From: an uncultured Verrucomicrobiales bacterium
GTDB taxonomy: Bacteria > Verrucomicrobiota > Verrucomicrobiia > Verrucomicrobiales > DEV007
Assembly: GCA_938091905.1 (NCBI GenBank)
Contig: CALKOM010000179.1
Coordinates: forward strand, 1 to 19,246
Length of the DNA stretch: 19,246 bases
Reading direction: 5' to 3'
Under the pieces are notes generated by a model, which was not told the DNA's origin, made no database searches, and saw only the letters and a list, made by a program, of their open reading frames with translations. The position numbers and the translations under genes were made by a program. Shown here piece by piece: positions 8,713-15,555 of this stretch (the stretch's first letter is position 1; every line of letters begins with the position of its first letter).

Positions 8713-9009
8713 ATGAACAAACCCATTGTCGCGAACAACAAGCCAATTCCTGTTGAGCTCGAAGCAGGAAAGGACTATTATTTCTGTACTTGCGGAAAAT
8801 CATCCAATCAACCTTTCTGTGATGGGTCCCACAAAGGAACCGACTTCGCCCCAAAGGCGTTTACGGCCGAAAAGGGCGGAAAAGCCTTTCTCTGTCAGTG
8901 CAAACAGACAAGAAACTCGCCTTTCTGCGACGGTGCTCACGCGAAGATTCCTGCGGATCAGGTTGGGCTAGAGTTTGTCTTGGAATCCGATGGCGCGGAC
9001 GATGCCTGA
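8713..9009 (+). CDS. Tandem CDGSH iron-sulfur domain protein (CISD3/MiNT-like), intact
   Basis: Two complete motifs, CTCGKSSNQPFCDGSH and CQCKQTRNSPFCDGAH. Confidence 0.95.
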   Translation: MNKPIVANNKPIPVELEAGKDYYFCTCGKSSNQPFCDGSHKGTDFAPKAFTAEKGGKAFLCQCKQTRNSPFCDGAHAKIPADQVGLEFVLESDGADDA

Positions 9010-9090
9010 GCAAAGAGAGATTCCTGAGTAGCTTAGCCCACGGAAACTTTCGTCCATCAGCCCGTTCGCGAGAGTATCGTAAACACACCA

Positions 9091-9645
9091 ATGGCTGACG
9101 AATCTAGTTTTCAACCATTCTGGAAGGCTGTTTCTAGCAATGTGGTGGTAGGGGCGCGCAACTTTCTTGCTCAGGACGCTTCCCTGGCATCCAAGGATTT
9201 TCGCTCGGTGCGTCAACAGCGCGAATATCGTCACAACACGTGTTTTCCTTAGATCAAGGCGTGGCCATGCGGCTTCGGTGAGATGGCCGAGTCGCTCCTC
9301 CAACATGGTGCTGATGTAGATGCGAAGACTCCGACCGAGGAATAGCTGAGGATGGGCTGGCCGATTCTAGCCGCGGTTGAGCATGAGCATTACAAAGTGG
9401 CGCATCTCTTGTTGGATCAAGGGGCATGTCTGGATGCCCACGGCTATTGTTCTGCGTCCCTGGTCGAACAGCTCTATGAGCGCGCGAGGAGGACGGGAGC
9501 TTCTGAACACATGGTTAGGAAAGGGTTCGGGCGCTTCCTAGGGTAAACCAAGCCGACTGCTCTTGATAGCGATGCTCCTGAAATACGTAGGCGCTTCGAT
9601 CGCGTTCTTAAACTGGGCGGACAGCCGAGCTTGCCGAGTATCTAA
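9091..9645 (+). pseudogene. Ankyrin-repeat protein remnant
   Basis: One frame from ATG 9091: MADESSFQPFWKAVSSN...CFP*IKAWPCGFGEMAESLLQHGADVDAKTPTEE*LRMGWPILAAVEHEHYKVAHLLLDQGACLDAHG. Two ankyrin-like LLxxGAxxDA units. Stops at 9250, 9343, 9544 and 9643. True 3' end uncertain. Confidence 0.75.
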
Positions 9646-9687
9646 GGCCACGCCTGGGCTCTGTCGGCTAAACGGATCGTCTGGACA

Positions 9688-10356
9688 TCAAGCCCCGTAA
9701 ACGGCCGTCGCGTTCGCAATGAAACGACGGAGCAGCGTGACATCGAGGGATCTGTTAGGTCGAAGTCCTGAGCAGACATCGAGGCCAAACGGAGCGACCG
9801 ATTGAATAACTTCAGCAACATTGTCCGGAGAGAGTCCACCCGCGAAGAGGGCTTGCGTCGACGATCCGATGGCTAACCGACCAATCGTGCGTTAGCCCCG
9901 TCCCTCCACCTTGGCAATGTGCCACTTTGGAATCGAGAAGAAGTGCGTCAGCTACAGTGGAGAAACTCAGCGCCTCCTCGATCGCGGTGGAATCAACAAC
10001 GGACACGCCCCTTGTGAGTGATACGTCTGGAAGAGCCTCTCTCAATTCTAAAACACTCTCGGGGAGGATCGGTCCAATCAGCTGAAGCGTGTTCGCACGG
10101 GTCGTGCGTTGGTGTTCAATGATCTTTGCTAGGTCGTCTTCGGATGTCAGCAAGACCGTGGAGGTGGGTGGGGGAGTCTCGGTCACGATTTCGCTGATGT
10201 CATCGATCATGAACCCACTCCCGCTGTGCATCTGGGACACAAGTCCAATCGCGTGAGCGCCATTTGAAACGGCTAGCTTTGCTTCGGCCACAGATTGAAT
10301 GCAACAGATTGAATGCAACAGACTTTGATTCTTGGCGATGCTGATTCCGGTGGCAT
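9688..10356 (-). pseudogene. trpF: Phosphoribosylanthranilate isomerase (TrpF-like) pseudogene
   Basis: MPPESASPRIKVCCIQSV / AEAKLAVSNGAHAIGLV...TLQL...DALLLDS...GGGTGLTHDW...DASPL / AGGLSPDNVAEVIQSVAPFGLDVCSG...YGA*. Frameshifts come from a 14-bp duplication (10290-10322) and a small deletion near 9845. Confidence 0.92.
10290..10322. repeat. Exact 14-bp tandem duplication with 5-bp microhomology
   Basis: ACAGATTGAATGCA twice, followed by ACAGA. Confidence 0.97.
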
Positions 10357-10467
10357 AGGTGGCCCTGCGATGTTGACTCGACGCTGCTCGATTGTCGATT
10401 TCGTTCTAGGCAACATCGTGTAGGCCGTTGATGATTCAATCTCGTAGTTGGCGAACTTACTATAGCA

Positions 10468-12873
10468 ATGACACACAATCTACATCCAACATTCCTAGTC
10501 CTGGCCATCTCGTTCTTACTCTTGCTACCGCTTGCAAGCGCTCCGAAGAAGGTTTCTCATCCTGATTTCACCAAGGGTGATCCGATTCCAGAGGGTGCCG
10601 ACCACGATTGGAACCTTGGCGCAACCGGTGCTCGTGGGTGGATGTATAGCGACAAGTTGGTCACCACCGATGCCCGTCAGATTCGCATTACAGAGGTGAA
10701 GAACGCTTCTCCTGCCGATGGTGCGTTGGAGGAAAGCGATGTGATTCTAGGAGTGGCTGGGAAGCTGTTCACTTACGACCCTCGCACTGAGTTGGGTAAA
10801 GCGCTAACCGTGGCGGAATCCGAAGCGGGTGGTGGAAAGCTAGCTCTTACGCGTTGGCGAGGTGGTAAGACTGAGGAGGTCACTCTTACACTGCCTGTGC
10901 TTGGTTCTTACAGTGCGACTGCTCCCTATCAGTGCCCAAAATCGAAGCACATTCTTGAAGAGGGCTGCAAAGTGCTGGCCGAGCGTATTGCCGAATCGTC
11001 TTACAAGACAAACCCGATCATCCGGTCTCTCAATGCCCTGGCCTTGCTCGCTAGCGGCAAGCCTGAATACATTCCCTTGGTGAAGAAGGAAGTGGAGTGG
11101 GCTGCGGATTACTCGGCCACGAGTTTTCAGACTTGGTACTATGGTTATGTCATTATGCTTCTCTCCGAATACGTCATGGCAACGGAAGATGACTCGGTCA
11201 TGCCTGGCCTGAGACGGCTCGCGATGGAAGCTGCCAGTGGTCAAAGCATCGTTGGTTCATGGGGGCACAAGTTTGCAGGCAGCGATGGTCGCCTGATGGG
11301 TTACGGTATGATGAATGCGCCAGGGTTGCCATTGACTACTTCGCTTGTGATGGCTCGTGCGGCAGGTGTCAAGAACCCCGAAGTCTCGAGTGCGATTGAA
11401 CGAAGCGCTCGTCTGCTACGATTCTACATCGGTAAGGGAGCCGTTCCATATGGCGACCACCATCCGTGGATCCAGACTCATGAAGACAACGGCAAGTGTG
11501 GTATGGCTGCCGTCTTGTTCAGTCTTCTAAACGAGCCGCAGGGGGCAAAGTTCTTCTCGCGGATGAGCATCGCTTCCCACGGCTCTGAACGCGATACCGG
11601 TCACACCGGGAATTTCTGGAATATCCTTTGGTCGATCCCGGGCGTCGCCCAATCCGGCCCTCAGGCCACTGGCGCGTGGATGGAAGAATATGGGTCCTGG
11701 TACTTCGATCTTGCTCGGCGTTGGGACAATACCTTTCTCCACCAGGGACCTCCTAACAAGGGGCGTGACAGTTACCGAAGGTGGGATTGTACTGGTGCCT
11801 ACTTGTTAGCGTATGCCATGCCGTTGCGCGAGATCTACCTGACGGGCAAGCGCCAACCGATCGCGCCGCAGGTTAACGCGGCCACGGCCAAGCAACTCGT
11901 TCTTGATGGGCACGGATGGAGTAACAAAGACCGGCAGAGCGCCTATGATGGTTTCGATCAAGCCGCGCTCTTTAGTCGCCTGGTCAGCTGGTCACCTGTT
12001 GTCCGTGAACGTGCCGCTATGGCTCTTGCGCGTCATGAGAAGGTCCCCATGAAGCCTCTATTGGCAATGCTAGAGAGTTCCAGTATTGAAACTCGTCTCG
12101 GTGCCTGCCAGGCACTTGCTCAACTTAAATCCAAGGCGGCTCCCGCCGTGCCTGCTCTCCGCGCTATGCTCAAGCACGAGGATCTTTGGCTGCGTATCAA
12201 GGCGGCCGATGCCTTGGCCGCGATTGGCGATGCCGCCATGCCTGCCGTTCCTGAACTTCTCGAATTGCTCGCTCAAATGGATAAAGAGAAAGACCCACGC
12301 GGCATGCAGCAGCGCTACCTGTCATTTGCGCTATTCAATCGGCGGGGTGGGCTGCTCGGTCGTTCCCTGGAAGGCGTCGACCGCGAATTGCTCTATCGAG
12401 CCGTGCGCGCTGGGCTCAAGAACGACGATGGTAGAGCTCGTGGTAGTTTTGGCTCAGTCTATCAGCGGCTTTCTTTCGAGGAAATCAAGCCGCTGCTACC
12501 TGCTATTCACCGAGCGGTGGTTGAGCCATCGCCTAGCGGCATCATGTTTGCCGATGGAATCCGTAAGGAAGGTCTCAAGCTTCTTGCCACACACCGGATT
12601 GAAGAGGGGATGCAAGCTTGTGTGGATTACACGCGTAGTCAGAACCCATGGGCTAGCGAGAAACGCACACCCAAGGTGATGAAGATCCTGTTAGAATATG
12701 GTGCTCATGCGAAAGCCATGTGTCCTGAACTCGAAGAGATCGCTGCCGGATTCGCCAGCGGAGAGAAGGGCTTTCCAAGACGGCTAAGCCGCGACAAAAC
12801 TGCTGTGATTCGCAAGACGATTCAGGCCATCGAAGCTTCGGACTATTGGCCAGAACTTATCAGGCTCAAGTAG
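10468..12873 (+). CDS. Secreted DUF6288-like protein with PDZ-like N-terminal region and C-terminal HEAT repeats
   Basis: 801 aa with signal peptide. WNLGATGARGW...ITEVKNASPADGAL..DVILGV (PDZ-like). Helical middle region with NALALLASG, WYYGY..MLLSEY, GSWGH, GAVPYGDH, HTGNFW. HEAT-like repeats VRERAAMALA, RLGACQALAQL, LRIKAADALAAIG. Confidence 0.8.
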   Translation: MTHNLHPTFLVLAISFLLLLPLASAPKKVSHPDFTKGDPIPEGADHDWNLGATGARGWMYSDKLVTTDARQIRITEVKNASPADGALEESDVILGVAGKLFTYDPRTELGKALTVAESEAGGGKLALTRWRGGKTEEVTLTLPVLGSYSATAPYQCPKSKHILEEGCKVLAERIAESSYKTNPIIRSLNALALLASGKPEYIPLVKKEVEWAADYSATSFQTWYYGYVIMLLSEYVMATEDDSVMPGLRRLAMEAASGQSIVGSWGHKFAGSDGRLMGYGMMNAPGLPLTTSLVMARAAGVKNPEVSSAIERSARLLRFYIGKGAVPYGDHHPWIQTHEDNGKCGMAAVLFSLLNEPQGAKFFSRMSIASHGSERDTGHTGNFWNILWSIPGVAQSGPQATGAWMEEYGSWYFDLARRWDNTFLHQGPPNKGRDSYRRWDCTGAYLLAYAMPLREIYLTGKRQPIAPQVNAATAKQLVLDGHGWSNKDRQSAYDGFDQAALFSRLVSWSPVVRERAAMALARHEKVPMKPLLAMLESSSIETRLGACQALAQLKSKAAPAVPALRAMLKHEDLWLRIKAADALAAIGDAAMPAVPELLELLAQMDKEKDPRGMQQRYLSFALFNRRGGLLGRSLEGVDRELLYRAVRAGLKNDDGRARGSFGSVYQRLSFEEIKPLLPAIHRAVVEPSPSGIMFADGIRKEGLKLLATHRIEEGMQACVDYTRSQNPWASEKRTPKVMKILLEYGAHAKAMCPELEEIAAGFASGEKGFPRRLSRDKTAVIRKTIQAIEASDYWPELIRLK

Positions 12874-12919
12874 ACGTGTTAGTGCATTCGTAGATCTTGG
12901 CTGAACGCTGTCCGGTGGC

Positions 12920-15416
12920 TTAGGGTGCGACCACCTCAACGACGCCAAACCACCATGGGGTTGTTGCAGGATCGCAAGTGTCGGAGACCACCACACGCTC
13001 GAAGTTTGAGTCGATTTCAGTAACGGTTACGGTGCCAACGATCGGAAGGAATGAACTGGAATCAAGGCTCGTCGAGCACTTTGGCGTGTAGACGAGTCCC
13101 GCACCTTTGCGGCGCACAAATTCCAGCTGAAACACCCCGGTCGTAGGTTCGAGTTCGAATGCTGGTAGCCCTGAGGTTCCCGTGCCTGGAGCAAGGATGC
13201 TGGTGTCTGCTCCTGAGGCATCCATATTGAAGGCGTATTTGAGAAGATTGTTAATACCTTCGCCAAACGGCATGGCTAGAGGATTGGCCGCAGCGCCTGC
13301 GAGCCCAGCTTTTTCCGCGAAGTTCTGAACCAGACCTACGGTGTCGAGGGTGGCCATGGTGAATTCAGCGAAGCTGAGATGACTGGAGAATCCTGAAACT
13401 CCGAAGCTACTGATACCGTTTTGGTCAAGTGCATTGCTCGTCTCTACGAGTCCGAAGTAGGATTGCCCGGGTTCGAATGTCTGGGCAGGCAGCGTGGCGG
13501 AAGTGTGCGCTCCGCCCCGGTTAACTTCGAAGAATTCTGTCTCGTCAAACCCATTGAGGAAGATTTGCAGATTTGTCGAGCCGTTGGCCGCAGTGAGTGA
13601 ACCTGGGTTGGTCCATTCCAAGGTGAGGTCTGACGTTGAGTCAATGGATTGGGCGTCTGTGAAATGCGATCCCGTTAGGAAAGGGATATTGGGGTAGGCC
13701 GACGATCCAATGGTGATCTCTTGGGTGACGGTGCCGAGCTCTCCACCTCTCAATGTGAGGGTGTAGGTCGTGTTGCTGGGAAACTCAGCGTCCAGCAGCG
13801 CTTCGGATGCATAATCCTGCTCCACAGTCCAACCCGTGTCTTCAAGATCGAATGATCGGCTACGGGAGATCCCGCCTCCGCGAATCGTGACCGAAGTGGC
13901 ATCGTTCGGATTCCGTGCTTGGACACGTCCCCAGAGATCCCAGAATGACTGTGCGCCTTGCACCGTATTGTCCTGGGTTTGTCGGTAGTTGCGGCCTTTG
14001 TTTAGCCGCCAATCGGGAAGGACGGCTGCATTTGAGGTTCGCGAAAGGAAGGTACTCTCTTTGTCCGCTAGGATGATCGAACGAGGCCCCAGGAGCTGTG
14101 CTTGGAACGCCAAATCTGGATGAGACAATCCAAGTTCACTGTTCGTATCCACGACATGGGTCACCGTGAGGGCGGACGTTTGGGCGTCCCAATGGTAGGT
14201 ACTGCGTTCCATGCCGTCCGCGCCCGAAGGGTCGCCGTCAGACGCCGTTCTCAAGGAATACCAGCACGCCTGGCGTTGACGCAGTGTTAATGCAGATTCG
14301 CCAGCCGCCGACGATGGTGTTGGGCGAGCCAGAGACCCGCTGAAAAACGGAAGACTCAGCTTGATCACCAACTGTCAAGATGGAGTCAGATGCGGTTGCG
14401 GTAAAGTCGCCCTCGGGATGGGAGCCACCGAACTCCCCGTTGGTGTCTACTTCGGGGGTGATGGTGAGGATTCCCGAGTCTTCATCCCACACATAGGTTC
14501 CACGTTCAATGCCGTCCGGCGCCTCAGCTTCGTCGGAGCCATCTTCAGCATGGAAATAGGTGCCATCGGCTAGGAATACAAGAATGACTGAATTGTTAGC
14601 TACTCCTTCACCCCGCTGCCAAGCGCCAACGATTGGGGAGACATGCGGGGAATAGACCGTGAAGATATCGCGCAGAAGCACGCGCGTCTGCAAAAGATAG
14701 CCTTCGACTCCGAATCCGCCAGCGCCATCGATTATCACTTCATTGAGGTTTGCGAGTTTGAGTTCGTAGCAATGCCCTGGTGTCAATGTTCCTGCCGGGA
14801 TGGTGCCTGAAGTTGATCCGATGGTTGTCTCTTGATCCCAGACATCGATGTCTGAAATCTTGTCATTAATCTCGGCGGAAACGAAATTTGTTGGTGCGCT
14901 AGTAGGTCCCCATTGAAGCATGAACGGCGCTGCGGTGTTGATCGATCGAGCGCGTGAGGCATCTTCATTGGTAAGGTAGGGCACACTCGGATAATTTGGT
15001 GGTCCGAGCGTCACTTGCTGAACCAGAGTTCCTAACGTCCCGCCACTTAAAGTGATTGTGTAGGATGTGTTGTTGGGGAATTCCGTATTCGCTTCGGACT
15101 CGGTCTCGTAGATCTTGAACAGACACCATTCGCCATCGTTCTGTTCTAGCGGGGTATTCCCCGCTAGAACACTGCGGGAAATCGACACTGCGGTGGCATC
15201 ACTCGCAGACCCCGTTTCCACGTCTATGGAAACGAACCATCCATCTTCACTCGGCGGAACGGTATTGTCGCTTATTTGGCTGTAGAAAGCACCTTTCTCA
15301 AATTCCCAATCTGTGACCGCAGCCTCAGCGCAGAGCAGAGTCGTTGCAAACAGCACGAATAAAGCGGCGGAACAGCGATTTAGTCAGGAAAGAGAGGCTA
15401 AAACAGGAGGTTTCAT
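12920..15416 (-). pseudogene. Secreted or surface protein of about 830 aa with internal repeats (A-B-B-A plus Verrucomicrobia-type C-terminal domain), interrupted
   Basis: ATG 15416 gives MKPPVLASLS*LNRCSAALFVLFATTLLCAEA (TGA at 15384-15386), in frame with ORF 14238-15356. That ORF joins ORF 12920-14371 by a frameshift near 14240, where repeat B2 lacks the YFHAE segment present in B1. Confidence 0.85.
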
Positions 15417-15457
15417 GTCGTCGATGGCCACGGAGGCGGAACGGGCAGTATCTGCAT

Positions 15458-15503
15458 ATTATAGAAACACCTATTAAGTATCGATATTTCTAGAGGTGTT
15501 TCT
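15458..15503 (-). promoter_or_regulatory. Candidate sigma70 -10 box overlapped by a 10-bp-arm inverted repeat
   Basis: Minus-strand TATAAT at 15463-15458, about 40 nt upstream of ATG 15416. AGAAACACCT (15463-15472), 21-nt spacer, AGGTGTTTCT (15494-15503), with central palindrome TATCGATA (15479-15486). AT-rich patch. Confidence 0.55.
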
Positions 15504-15555
15504 CCTCTGCCCCAGCCGACCGCCCTGTATTCCCTTCTCGAAACCTGCCGAGGCA

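Noticed and set aside
7570..9645. Amber recoding or readthrough, suggested by five in-frame TAG codons (7624, 7897, 8527, 9250, 9343)
   Set aside because: TAG is the normal stop of intact genes here (3541, 5165, 12871). The TAGs appear to replace different residues (Trp in HGW, probably Leu in FPL), and the same block also contains frameshifts and TAA stops.
7380..10322. The two tandem duplications as CRISPR repeats, att sites or IS target-site duplications bounding a mobile element
   Set aside because: The two units are unrelated in sequence, have no spacers, lie inside genes, and no transposase, integrase or cas gene is present.
14238..14371. Programmed ribosomal frameshift joining the two overlapping ORFs
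   Set aside because: There is no slippery heptamer at the inferred junction near 14240, and comparison with the sister repeat shows missing residues, which indicates a deletion.
15384..15386. TGA as selenocysteine or Trp/Gly recoding in the leader of the A-B-B-A gene
   Set aside because: It lies in a signal-peptide region with no redox motif, TGA ends intact genes (5220, 9007), and the gene has an independent frameshift.
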